The notes: generated from the letters alone by a model not told the origin. Shown: positions 1 to 9,261, numbered from the stretch's first letter. The stretch is DNA of 28,644 nt from an uncultured delta proteobacterium (GCA_963789395.1 CAWBKP010000008.1:1-28644), one strand, 5' to 3'. Numbers and translations are program-made.

Positions 1-70
1 CCCCGGGGTGAATCGGACACCCGGCCAATGGTTTAGGAAACCATTGCTCTATCCACTGAGCTACGGGGGC
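1..70 (-). tRNA. tRNA-Arg, anticodon CCT (3' end cut by window edge)
   Basis: Reverse complement GCCCCCG TA GCTC AGTGGATA GAGC A ATGGT TTCCTAA ACCAT TGGCC GGGTG TCCGATT CACCC CGGGG folds as a cloverleaf; anticodon loop TT-CCT-AA. Confidence 0.93.
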
Positions 71-179
71 AAAAGGCAGGAACTGATGGAAACGGCTGAT
101 GTTTAAGGTTACAGAATGTGACACGAAATCATGTTGCATGAAATATCAGAAAGCAACGCTGGATTCAAGAGCGAATAAT

Positions 180-214
180 AAAAAAGCGGGTAAGCCATTG
201 GCTGTCCCCGCTTT
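180..214 (-). terminator. Probable intrinsic terminator after tRNA-Pro
   Basis: AAAGCGGG..AGCC ATT GGCT..CCCGCTTT hairpin; the A-run at 180-185 reads as a U-tract on the minus strand. Confidence 0.6.
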
Positions 215-226
215 GATTTCATTATC

Positions 227-303
<77 letters not shown>

Positions 304-315
304 ACACTTTTGGAC

Positions 316-345
316 TTATTAACATGATGAAAGGCAGACTGTCAA
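316..345 (-). promoter_or_regulatory. Putative sigma70 promoter for tRNA-Pro
   Basis: Minus strand TTGACA (345-340), then 17-18 nt, then TTAATA/TAATAA just upstream of the tRNA 5' end. Confidence 0.55.
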
Positions 346-398
346 GCATTGGCAACAATTATTGATAAATGGAAGAAAAATAACCGACAGAAGATCCA

Positions 399-1127
399 TC
401 AATGCGACAGGATCTTGCTGAGAAAGAGCCGTGTCCTGTCACTTTTTGGGTTTTCAAAAAATTCGGTTGGCGTGCCAACCTCGACAATCTGTCCCTGATC
501 CATAAAAATAATATGGCTGGATACTTCACGGGCAAATCCCATTTCATGCGTGACCACCACCATGGTCATCCCCTCATTGGCCAGTTTTCGCATCACATCC
601 AGAACCTCGTTGATCATTTCCGGATCCAGTGCGGATGTCGGTTCATCAAACAGCATGATTTTGGGCCGCATGGCAAGGCCCCGAGCAATGGCCACCCGCT
701 GCTGCTGTCCGCCTGAAAGCTGAGCCGGGTATGCTTTTGCTTTGTCCTGAATGCCGACTTTTTCCAGAAGAATCATACCTGACGAGTCAGCTTCCTTCCG
801 GGACAGCTTTCGGACTTTCATCGGTGCAAGCGTCACATTCTCCAGAACCGTCATATGCGGATAGAGATTGAACTGCTGAAACACAAACCCGATTTCAGCG
901 CGAAGCCGGGTAAGGCTGGTGCGCTTGTCATGAACCTGGATCCCGTCCACAAGGATTTCTCCGGAAACGATGGGCTCCAGCTTATTGATGCATCGGATCA
1001 GCGTGCTTTTGCCTGAACCGCTGGGCCCGCAGATCACGGCAACTTCTCCGGCAGATACCGTCAAGTTGATGTCATTAAGCACATGAAGTTTTCCAAACCA
1101 TTTATGAACATGCGTAAACTGAATCAT
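399..1127 (-). CDS. Polar amino-acid ABC transporter ATP-binding protein (GlnQ/TcyN family)
   Basis: Walker [11 protein letters not shown]-loop [10 protein letters not shown], signature LSGGQQQRV, Walker [13 protein letters not shown]-loop VTHEMGFA. Confidence 0.96.
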   Translation of the reverse strand: MIQFTHVHKWFGKLHVLNDINLTVSAGEVAVICGPSGSGKSTLIRCINKLEPIVSGEILVDGIQVHDKRTSLTRLRAEIGFVFQQFNLYPHMTVLENVTLAPMKVRKLSRKEADSSGMILLEKVGIQDKAKAYPAQLSGGQQQRVAIARGLAMRPKIMLFDEPTSALDPEMINEVLDVMRKLANEGMTMVVVTHEMGFAREVSSHIIFMDQGQIVEVGTPTEFFENPKSDRTRLFLSKILSH

Positions 1128-1173
1128 TTAATGCGTTTTCCTGAGAGCAGATTGTATGAAAGTGGCACAAGAA

Positions 1174-2157
1174 TCATGAAAACATCTGTCTGAATTCCGG
1201 GTGCTTGGGGAAAAGTCCTGAATGGCCTCCGGTATGAATGAACAAGACACTCTGGCCTTTTTCGATTTTTCCGGACCGAATATGATCCACCATACCCAGA
1301 AACGCTTTCAGAGTATAGACCGGATCCAGAACCAGTCCTTCTAAGGATGCAAACCGGACAAGCTGCTCAAGCTCCTGATTTGTATTGAGTGCATATCCGA
1401 TCCCTACATGGTGGTCATCGATGCACTGCTCAGCGCCTTGAAAATCAACCTTCATGCCATACCAGTCTCGAAATTCCTGCTGGATGCGGGTGATTTCGGC
1501 CATGAAATACGCCGTATCGTCACACACGGCAATGCCTTGAATCCGGGGTTGAATATTTGCATGCCGACACCCCAGCCAAGCACCGGCAAAGGTTCCACCG
1601 GATCCCATGGCCAGATACAGATGATCAAAGGAAACAGGCGATACGGCCACCTCGCGGATCATCCGCACATACCCTAGGGTGCCAGTAGCGTTTGAACCGC
1701 CCATGGGAATCCAGTAAGGGCGTTTGCCGTTTTGAATCAGCGCTTCGGTTACCGTTTTTTCAACCGCAGCGATGTCTTTAAAATCCTGAACCGTAAAAAA
1801 ACGCGTTTCCGCCCCCAGTATCCTGTCCAGCAGGAGATTGCCGTCGATTTGCGCCGGTTTTTCTCCCCGCAGGGCCAGAACACAGGAAAGACCTGTTTTG
1901 GCAGATGCCCAGGCAACCGCCCGGCAATGATTGGACTGGATTCCGCCGCAACTGACCAGGGCATCGGCTTTTTTTTGAAGCGCGTCATGAAGCAGGTATT
2001 CCATCTTTCGGATCTTATTGCCGGATCCGATGCTTTCGGTCAGATCATCGCGCTTGATATAGAGTTTTACGCCCAGTTCATCAGATAACCGGGGCATGAA
2101 CTGAATCGGGGTGGGTAAATGCGCAAGAAAAAACCGGTTTTCAAGAAGTTTTTCCAA
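1174..2157 (-). CDS. PLP-dependent D-cysteine desulfhydrase / L-cysteate sulfo-lyase family enzyme
   Basis: KRDDLT..GSGNKIRKMEYL (PLP lysine), GGIQSNH, PMGGS, GSGGT, LDPVYT, IHTGG; TTG start about 7 nt after AGGAG. Confidence 0.88.
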   Translation of the reverse strand: MEKLLENRFFLAHLPTPIQFMPRLSDELGVKLYIKRDDLTESIGSGNKIRKMEYLLHDALQKKADALVSCGGIQSNHCRAVAWASAKTGLSCVLALRGEKPAQIDGNLLLDRILGAETRFFTVQDFKDIAAVEKTVTEALIQNGKRPYWIPMGGSNATGTLGYVRMIREVAVSPVSFDHLYLAMGSGGTFAGAWLGCRHANIQPRIQGIAVCDDTAYFMAEITRIQQEFRDWYGMKVDFQGAEQCIDDHHVGIGYALNTNQELEQLVRFASLEGLVLDPVYTLKAFLGMVDHIRSGKIEKGQSVLFIHTGGHSGLFPKHPEFRQMFS

Positions 2158-2181
2158 AACATGACTCCTTTCAGAGCGATA

Positions 2182-2850
2182 TCACACCGTCCATTTCTCA
2201 ATGGTCAGCCGTTTTTCAAACCAGTTGGAAAGACGAATCAGGGGATAACATATGGAAAAATACAAAATTCCAACAAGTCCAAACACCATCAGCCCTTCCG
2301 GAATTCTCTGAACCGTGAGCCATCCCACACGGGTAACATCGGTAAGGCCGATTACCGATATGACGGATGAGTCCTTGATCAGCAGCACATACTGGCCTAC
2401 CAGCGGCGGCAGGATGGGCCTCAAGGCCTGGGGCATGATCACAAACCGAAGCCGTTGAAACCAATTCAGCCCGCTGGCCATGGCAGCCTCTGTCTGTCCC
2501 GGAGAAATGGTGCTGATGCCGCCGGCGACAATTTCGCTGATATAGGCGCCGGCATATAACGTCAGACTGAATACTGCGGCTTCAAACGCCTCCATCTGGA
2601 TTCCCCACTCCGGAAAGATGAAAAACACGATAAATATCTGAACCAGAAACGGCGTACCTCTCATAAAATCCACATACAGGGAAAAACCGTAGCGCAGAAC
2701 CCGTAGTCGGCTGTTGCGACCAATCCCGATGCCAAAGCCCAGAATCGTTCCGCCAACCAGACTGAGCAGGGATACGATGATGGTCATCCAGACACCTTTT
2801 AGAAAAAAGGGAAAGGAGGCAACAAGTTTATTAAAATAGTAAAGCCACAT
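2182..2850 (-). CDS. Amino-acid ABC transporter permease (HisM/GlnP family)
   Basis: RGTPFLVQ, AYISEIV, EAA loop GQTEAAMASGL, LIKDSS; multiple hydrophobic segments. Confidence 0.94.
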   Translation of the reverse strand: MWLYYFNKLVASFPFFLKGVWMTIIVSLLSLVGGTILGFGIGIGRNSRLRVLRYGFSLYVDFMRGTPFLVQIFIVFFIFPEWGIQMEAFEAAVFSLTLYAGAYISEIVAGGISTISPGQTEAAMASGLNWFQRLRFVIMPQALRPILPPLVGQYVLLIKDSSVISVIGLTDVTRVGWLTVQRIPEGLMVFGLVGILYFSICYPLIRLSNWFEKRLTIEKWTV

Positions 2851-3526
2851 GTAAGATCACAGTGCGGGGCGGAAAATAAGCTTTTTTCTGCCACCAGGAT
2901 GAAAGGGTTTTTAAAATATAATACATCAGCAGATAGAACAGGGCAGTGGTAAAAAACCCTTCTGCCGGCATGAACATCTCTGAATTCATAAGCTGGCCGG
3001 CACGAGTCAGCTCAAAAACAGAAATAAGCGATAGAAGGGCGCTGTCTTTGACAAGAACAATGGTCTGCCCCAAAAGCGGTGGAATGGTCGCGCCGATGGC
3101 CTGAGGTAAAATAATGTAGCGAAGGCGCTGGAAATAATCGAGCCCGGAAACCATTCCCGCCTCAATCTGGCCGTAGGAAATGGATTGAACGCCAGCCCGC
3201 AGAATCTCGGCCATGTAAGCCCCGCTGTTCAGAGAAAGCGCCAGAATGCCGGTTTGGTATTCACTGAGCCGCAATCCCAGGCTGGGAAGTCCGAAATAAA
3301 AAAAATAGAGCTGGGCCAGAAGCGGCGTCGAGCGAATCGCCTCGATAAAAATGCCCGCAGGAACATTAAAGATGCGAAGATGGGATAGCCGGCCCATGCA
3401 GGCAAACGATCCAATGATCAACGCCCCCAGAAAAGAAACCAGGGAAATCCAGGTCGTTGCCAGCAAACCCTGAAAAAACAGGGGAAGATATTCGATAATA
3501 ACCCGGAAATTAAAAGTTTCCAGCAT
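2831..3526 (-). CDS. Amino-acid ABC transporter permease
   Basis: Likely start MLETFNF at 3526; RSTPLLAQL, AYMAEILRAG, GQIEAG..SGL, LVKDS. The C-terminus may be extended by one extra base in the A-run near 2882-2887 (corrected end ...QKKLIFRPAL*). Confidence 0.9.
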   Translation of the reverse strand: MLETFNFRVIIEYLPLFFQGLLATTWISLVSFLGALIIGSFACMGRLSHLRIFNVPAGIFIEAIRSTPLLAQLYFFYFGLPSLGLRLSEYQTGILALSLNSGAYMAEILRAGVQSISYGQIEAGMVSGLDYFQRLRYIILPQAIGATIPPLLGQTIVLVKDSALLSLISVFELTRAGQLMNSEMFMPAEGFFTTALFYLLMYYILKTLSSWWQKKAYFPPRTVILHVALLF

Positions 3527-3589
3527 GAATGTGCAGTGTCCTTTTACAACCTGCGATAGAAAAACGGGGAAAGTCGTCTTTGTAAAAAA

Positions 3590-3641
3590 AACAGTGAGCT
3601 GAAAACGGATAACGGATATTTTCCGTTTACTGCTCACTGTT
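3590..3641. repeat. Intergenic stem-loop between binding-protein and permease genes
   Basis: AACAGTGAGC...GCTCACTGTT (10 bp) with inner AAACGGA/TCCGTTT; contains tandem AACGGAT x2. Confidence 0.6.
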
Positions 3642-3716
3642 GATGAACGTGTGAAAGGCATTTAACTGATGAGACTATTCACTCCGAGATCTATCTGACT
3701 CCTGACTGCGTGCCGA

Positions 3717-4517
3717 TTAATGATCTTTTTTCCAATCAAGGGTTGTAACCCAGTAATTGATGTTCTGGTCATAACGACCGTCTTCCTTGACCCATTCAAA
3801 GAAAAGGTCAATCCACTGGGCCAGATGGGTGTCTTCGGGACGGACGGCAAAAGCCAGCGGCTCCCGGGAGAGTTTTATCGGCAAAACGTTTACGCTGTTG
3901 GGCGGAAATTCGGCCACCTGGCCGGTAACCGCGGATTCATCGTTGATACCGATATCTGCATGGCCTTTTAAAACCGCATCGATCAGAAGGGGGCCGCCGC
4001 CTTTATAGGATTTGATTTCAGCCTTGGGAAGAAATCTTTTTGCGACGGCCTCTCCGGTTGCACCCAGGAGCACTGCGACCTTTACCCCTTCTTTGTTAAA
4101 CTCTTCAATGGTTTTACGGGTGTCTCCGGCCTTGGTGAAAATGATGGATCCGGTATAATAAAACGGCTCTGTAAACTGAATTTTCATGGCGCGCTTCAGA
4201 TTCGCCGTCATGTCGGCCGCCAGCATATCCGCTTTTCCGGAAAGCAGCGCCGGAATCAGACCATCCCAGTCAAAATCCAGAAATACGGCCTTGACGCCCA
4301 TTTCCTGAGCCATCATCTTGCAGAATTCAACAGAGCTTCCCGTGCGGTTCCCGGCCTTGTCCACGAAACTGAAAGGAGGGCCCTGGGTTTGAACGGCAAT
4401 GCGAAGCTCCCCGCGTTTTTGAATCTCCTGAAGGACATCCGCTGAAACAGTGCTGAACATCCCGAACAAAAATACAATAGATACCGCCAACGACACGCCT
4501 CTAATCCATCTGTTCAT
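3717..4517 (-). CDS. Amino-acid ABC transporter periplasmic substrate-binding protein (SBP_bac_3)
   Basis: Signal peptide, IQKRGELRIAV, PPFSF, WDGLIPALLSGKAD, FTEPFY; GGAG RBS. Confidence 0.95.
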   Translation of the reverse strand: MNRWIRGVSLAVSIVFLFGMFSTVSADVLQEIQKRGELRIAVQTQGPPFSFVDKAGNRTGSSVEFCKMMAQEMGVKAVFLDFDWDGLIPALLSGKADMLAADMTANLKRAMKIQFTEPFYYTGSIIFTKAGDTRKTIEEFNKEGVKVAVLLGATGEAVAKRFLPKAEIKSYKGGGPLLIDAVLKGHADIGINDESAVTGQVAEFPPNSVNVLPIKLSREPLAFAVRPEDTHLAQWIDLFFEWVKEDGRYDQNINYWVTTLDWKKDH

Positions 4518-4579
4518 TTCTTCTCCTTTATCCGTTATTGTTTACATTGACATGGCACTGACCCGTTGAATCAATATCC

Positions 4580-4608
4580 ATTCTACACAATTTCATCCTC
4601 TTTTGCAA
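4580..4608 (-). promoter_or_regulatory. Putative sigma70 promoter of the ABC operon
   Basis: Minus strand TTGCAA (4608-4603) - 17 nt - TAGAAT (4585-4580). Confidence 0.55.
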
Positions 4609-4614
4609 CTTCTC

Positions 4615-5289
4615 TTAGGCATTGGGCAGGTAAGGCGTCATATCCTGAACATATTCGGTAAGCACATTAAATCCGCCATTTTTCAAAGCGGAAATGGCTT
4701 TTTCCCCGTCTCTGGAGGGAACCCGCATGACAAGATGATAGATACCGGGATATTTTTTATCCGGCCATGCGAATATACTGCGGATATTGATTTGAAGATC
4801 CTTGAGAATCTGAGAAATTTCAGCGACATAACCGATGCGGTCATACACCAGAACGGTAAAACGGGCGCTTTCCTTGTCAATCCCGATAGCCTCCAGCAAT
4901 ACGCCCATGACATCTGTTGTGGTAATGATGCCGACAAGCTTCTCTCCTTCCATAACCGGAAGCGCCCCAATGCGGTGCTCCTGCAGGACAAGGGCGGCCC
5001 GTTCTATGGTGGTGGACGGCGTAACGGAAACATATTTCTTGATCATGATCATGTTTACCGTCACTTTTGTCAGCAGGTAATTCAGCTCATGCGTGCTCAG
5101 GGTCGTGGCCGGCGAGGCCCAGTTCTGTTTCAGATCCCGGTCGGAAACCAGACCCATCAGCTTGTTTTTTTTATCCACAACCAGAAGATGGGCTATCCGT
5201 TTTTCATTCAGAATCTCCATCGCTTCCACCAGGGTGGTTTCGGGGGAAACGGTAACCAGATCAGTGTGCATGACACGGCCTACATACAT
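4615..5289 (-). CDS. CBS-pair + ACT domain protein (AcuB-like)
   Basis: Two CBS repeats (LVTVSPETTL..IAHLLVVD..GLVSDRDL; IGALPVM..LVGIITTTD) followed by an ACT-like C-terminus (DRIGYVAEISQIL..INIRSI). Confidence 0.88.
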   Translation of the reverse strand: MYVGRVMHTDLVTVSPETTLVEAMEILNEKRIAHLLVVDKKNKLMGLVSDRDLKQNWASPATTLSTHELNYLLTKVTVNMIMIKKYVSVTPSTTIERAALVLQEHRIGALPVMEGEKLVGIITTTDVMGVLLEAIGIDKESARFTVLVYDRIGYVAEISQILKDLQINIRSIFAWPDKKYPGIYHLVMRVPSRDGEKAISALKNGGFNVLTEYVQDMTPYLPNA

Positions 5290-5497
5290 CGGATTATCTC
5301 CTTTTGGCTATAAGGAAGCAAGAAAAAAAGCAGATATACTATCAACAGGGAAGTCAATGTAAACAAATAACGCAGCGTATTCGATCGAAAAACAAGGATA
5401 CGATACTGTCCTGCTTTTTGCTATTAAGATAAAGCAAGTATTGCTGTCAAGAAAAACCGACGCCGGCACGATAAGGAATGCCGATCAATAATTGATA

Positions 5498-5526
5498 TTG
5501 ACACAATATGTTATGAAGCTTAAATT
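5498..5526 (+). promoter_or_regulatory. Putative sigma70 promoter of the mvhD-hemA run
   Basis: TTGACA (5498-5503) - 17 nt - TAAATT (5521-5526), 28 nt upstream of the ATG at 5554. Confidence 0.6.
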
Positions 5527-5553
5527 TCAGATAATAATTGGGGATATACTGAA

Positions 5554-5974
5554 ATGACGGCCAAAAGATATTCGGCCCAGCCCGAAATTATCGGATTTCT
5601 CTGCAACTGGTGCGCCTATGAGGCAGCCGATTCCGCGGGAAGATCCCAAAAAGCATACCCGGCCAACTTAAAAATCATTCGGGTGATGTGCTCCGGCAGG
5701 GTGGATCCCTGCTTTCATACTTGAAGCATTTCACCAGGGAGCCGCCGGAGTGGTCGTGATGGCGTGCCGCTGGGGAGAGTGCCATTACAAGACCGGCAAC
5801 ATTCAGGCCCTGAAGCGTCATATCCTGCTGAATGCCACGATGAAAGCCCTGGGTATCGAGACGGACAGGCTCAGGCTGGAGTGGATATCCGCAGGAGACA
5901 AGGATAAATTTGTTCAGGTTGTGGGTGAAATGACTGAAGACTTACAGAAACTCGGACCGTTGGTGGACAGATGA
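5554..5974 (+). CDS. mvhD: MvhD/FlpD-type [2Fe-2S] hydrogenase delta subunit (one +1 frameshift near 5707-5710)
   Basis: My translation from ATG 5554: MTAKRYSAQPEIIGFLCNWCAYEAADSAG...IIRVMCSGRVDP. After a +1 shift it continues AFILEAFHQGAAGVVVMACRWGECHYKTGN...RLRLEWISAG. The ORF track shows only the C-terminal half. Confidence 0.88.
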
Positions 5975-6956
5975 AATGGTCGATTGCAGAAAAATTGCGC
6001 CGGTTCTACAATCAGTTTTCCGGAGATGATCGCGTGCTGATCATCATCAATGCGGATCCTGACGCAATTGCAAGTGCCATGGCAATCAAACGCCTGCTCT
6101 GGCGTAAAACCGCGAGCGTCACCTTATCCAGCGTCAATATCATCCAGCGGCCCGACAACATCGCCATGATCGAACTGCTGGGCGTGCCCTCATTCATGTG
6201 GATGCCATCAATGCCGATCAGTATAACCGTTTCGTCATCGTGGACTCGCAGCCCGGCCACCATCCGTCTTTTGCCAGGTTTACCCCGCTTGACGTCGTCA
6301 TCGACCATCACCCCGTAACCGATTTTATCGCCGACTTTGTCGATATCCGGCCAAGTTATGGGGCAACCGCCAGTATCCTGACCGAATATCTCCGGGCCGC
6401 CGGAATCAAACCATCATCCAAGCTGGCTACGGGCCTCTATCATGCCATAAAAAACGACACCAGCAATTTTGAACGCCCCTCGCTCGTTGAGGACATCCGC
6501 GCATTTCAGTTTCTTCACCGCCACGCCAACATTCAACTGGCCAGAAAAATCGAACACGCGGAAATCCGACCGGAGTTCTTGAAATATTTTTCCACGGCGC
6601 TTCAGAATAAACGCATTCATGCCGGCAGAATCTACACGCATCTGGGGACAGTCAAAAATCCGGATGTGTGTGTACTGGTAGCGGACTTTTTCATGCGGAT
6701 CCATTCCATCACCTGGAGCATTGTTTCCTGTCTTTGTTCACAGCAACTCGTGATCGTTTTTAGAAACGACGGGCTTCGAAAAGACGCCGGGAAACTGGCC
6801 AAAAAAGCGTTTGGATCACTTGGTTCAGCCGGAGGACATAAAGTCATGGCCAGGGCTGAAATTCCGATTGGCAAGCTTGAAGGCGTACTTGACACCAAAA
6901 CCGAAAAACGTCTGCTCAACTGGGTGATTGCCAGAATCGAACGGAAAAAATCGTGA
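5971..6956 (+). CDS. DHH-family phosphoesterase (NrnA/c-di-NMP PDE-like), frameshift near 6187-6190
   Basis: NADPDAIAS in ORF 5971; VIVDSQP, VVIDHHP, GATASIL, GSAGGH..ARAEI in ORF 6198. Restoring one C joins the two. Confidence 0.88.
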
Positions 6957-7732
6957 CGGATGTTACAAACCCTATTCAAATTACCATTCTGGGTTCAGGT
7001 ACCTGCGAGCCGTCGCTCCGACGCAGTTCCTGTTCGGTCTTGATGGAAATCGGCGGAGAAAAGCTGCTCTTTGATGCCGGTGCGGGAACCCTTCGAAGGT
7101 TGCTGGAATGCGGCGTTTCCATTTTTGATATTTCCTGTATCTTCTTCAGCCATTTTCACCCGGATCATACCGCGGAGTTAGTCCCTTTTTTATTTGCATC
7201 CAAGTATTCAGAGCAGGGGCCACGCAAATCGCCGCTGACCCTGATTGCGGGAAACGGGTTCTCTGTGTTTTACCAGGCGCTTAAACAGGCATACGGTTAC
7301 TGGATAGAACTGGACGCAGACATTCTGTCGGTCATCGAAATGAATACGCAGGCCCCTGACCGGCGGGACTTCAATTTTTTTTCAGTTATCACCCGGCCGG
7401 CGGCCCATAACCCGGAGAGCATTTCCTGCCGGATTGAATCGCCTTCCGGCTATTCGGTTGTCTATTCCGGAGACACGGATTATACTGAAAATCTTATCAC
7501 CCTGGCCAAAGATGCCCAGGTCCTGATCTGCGAGTGCTCGCACCCGGATGCAGAAAAGGTTCACGGTCATCTCACGCCTTCTCTGGCCGGCGGAATTGCC
7601 GCATGCGCCCGCGTGCAAAAACTGGTACTGACCCATTTTTATCCCAGATGCGACGGGTTTGATATTGAAAAAGAATGCCGTAAAACGTATACTGGAAAAC
7701 TTGTCCTTGCAGAGGATCTCTTGCGGCTATGA
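6953..7732 (+). CDS. Metallo-beta-lactamase fold hydrolase (RNase Z/AtsA-like)
   Basis: LGSGT, LFDAGAG, SHFHPDH (HxHxDH), YSGDT, GHLT, LVLTHFYP, AEDL. Confidence 0.9.
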   Translation: MTDVTNPIQITILGSGTCEPSLRRSSCSVLMEIGGEKLLFDAGAGTLRRLLECGVSIFDISCIFFSHFHPDHTAELVPFLFASKYSEQGPRKSPLTLIAGNGFSVFYQALKQAYGYWIELDADILSVIEMNTQAPDRRDFNFFSVITRPAAHNPESISCRIESPSGYSVVYSGDTDYTENLITLAKDAQVLICECSHPDAEKVHGHLTPSLAGGIAACARVQKLVLTHFYPRCDGFDIEKECRKTYTGKLVLAEDLLRL

Positions 7733-8400
7733 AATATTATCCCGTCAATCTGGATATCCGGCATCAATCCTGTCTGGTTGTCGGCGGCGGCACCGTGGGA
7801 ACCCGTAAAGTCAAGACATTGCTGGGCTGTGGCGCCGCAGTGACGGTGGTCAGCCCGGAGGTGACGAATTCGTTAATGGCTCTGGCAGGGGAAAACCGCA
7901 TTTCACTGAAACAGCGGCCCTATCAGGCATCCGATCTTGAAGACGTTTTTTTAGTCATTGGCGCAACCGATAATATGGATCTGAACCGCGCTATTCACCA
8001 GGATGCCCGCAAGCAGGGCAAACTGTGCAATATCGCGGATCAGCCGGACCTGTGCAATTTTATCCTTCCTTCCGTGATTGAGAGGGGCGATCTGATTATT
8101 GCCATATCCACTTCGGGGAAGAGCCCGGCATTTGCCAAGAAGCTGAGAAAACAGCTTGAGGCGCAGTTCGGTCCGGAGTATGCCGAGTTTTTGAAACTCA
8201 TGGGCACTGTTCGCAAAATACTGCTGGAAAGAGACCATGATCCCGAGGCGCATCGGCGGATTTTTGAAAATCTGGTGGATCAGGGACTGCTGGAAAGCAT
8301 TCGAGATGGCAACACGGCCCATATCGACAGCCTGCTGAAAGCGTTACTGGGTCCAGAGTGCGGGCATGATTGGGTGTATGAGCAGGGCCATGATCTGTAA
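7729..8400 (+). CDS. sirC: Precorrin-2 dehydrogenase/sirohydrochlorin ferrochelatase (SirC / CysG N-terminal domain)
   Basis: YYPVNLDI, VVGGGTVG, CNIADQPDLCNFILPS, IAISTSGKSPAFAK. Confidence 0.9.
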   Translation: MKYYPVNLDIRHQSCLVVGGGTVGTRKVKTLLGCGAAVTVVSPEVTNSLMALAGENRISLKQRPYQASDLEDVFLVIGATDNMDLNRAIHQDARKQGKLCNIADQPDLCNFILPSVIERGDLIIAISTSGKSPAFAKKLRKQLEAQFGPEYAEFLKLMGTVRKILLERDHDPEAHRRIFENLVDQGLLESIRDGNTAHIDSLLKALLGPECGHDWVYEQGHDL

Positions 8401-8439
8401 CAACCTTGGACTTTCAGACAGGCGATATGGTGAAATTGA

Positions 8440-9261
8440 ATGGAAATGGTGATAATTGGCATCACTTTCCTGTATTTACTCAGTTCGGCAGGTTATCTGT
8501 CCTATCTTTTTCTACAGAAAGATGTTCTTCAGCAAATCAGTAGCTACATTCTTGTAGCTGCCTTTTTAAGCCATACGGCAGCCATTGGATACAATTTTTT
8601 TTCAGCAGGCCACATTCCCGTCAGAGACCTTCACGAAACCCTGTCCATGGCTGCCTGGACCCTGTCCGGGACGTATATTCTGTCTCTATATCGCTTTAAC
8701 CTGAAGGTCCTGGGCGCTATTGTTGTCCCGCTGGCAAGTCTGGTGATGGTTGCTTCCGCCCTGTTGCCGCGCGCATCCGTTGAGGTGCAGACGAGTTTTC
8801 GCAGCATCTGGCTGGTTTTTCATATTCTGGCGATTTTTATCGGTGAGGCCGCATTTGCTCTGGCATGCGGCATTGGCATCCTTTACCTGTTTCAAGAACA
8901 TGCTATCAAAACCAAAAAACGCAGTTTTTTTTACAAACGCCTGCCATCTCTGGAACTTCTGGATGCGTCCGGCTATACCTGCATTGTCGCAGGCTTTACC
9001 TTGATGACCATTGGACTGGCAACAGGCTTTGTCTATGCCAAACTGATCTGGGGAAGGTTTCTCAGCTGGGATCCAAAGGAAATCTGGTCTGCCATCACCT
9101 GGCTGATTTATGCGGCCCTGATTCATGAGCGCCTGACCGTAGGTTGGCGCGGCAGAAAGGCTGCGATTATGGCCATCATCGGCTTTTGCGTGGTCATCTT
9201 CACGTTTCTGGGCGTTAACCTGTTTTTAAAAGGTCATCATGGCGTTTTTACCCGCTGGTAG
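8440..9261 (+). CDS. ccsA: Cytochrome c biogenesis CcsA/CcsB (HemX-like) membrane protein
   Basis: About 8 TM segments; WLVFH, LPSLELLD, WWD-domain WGRFLSWDPKEIW, GWRGRKAA. Confidence 0.88.
   Translation: MEMVIIGITFLYLLSSAGYLSYLFLQKDVLQQISSYILVAAFLSHTAAIGYNFFSAGHIPVRDLHETLSMAAWTLSGTYILSLYRFNLKVLGAIVVPLASLVMVASALLPRASVEVQTSFRSIWLVFHILAIFIGEAAFALACGIGILYLFQEHAIKTKKRSFFYKRLPSLELLDASGYTCIVAGFTLMTIGLATGFVYAKLIWGRFLSWDPKEIWSAITWLIYAALIHERLTVGWRGRKAAIMAIIGFCVVIFTFLGVNLFLKGHHGVFTRW

Noticed and set aside
1174..2157. ACC deaminase (acdS) call
   Set aside because: It has LDPVYT and HTGG rather than the DPVYE/HLGG residues diagnostic of true ACC deaminases.
4603..5313. Long antisense ORFs (this one, also 12579-13154, 18427-19113, 21021-21701, 22479-23159, 23831-24529, 25913-27112, 28094-28615)
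   Set aside because: They are shadows of well-supported genes on the opposite strand, with no recognisable motifs.
5722..5724. In-frame TGA in mvhD as selenocysteine
   Set aside because: The TGA is not at a conserved Cys position, all ligand Cys are TGC, and homology continues in the +1 frame, so it results from an indel.
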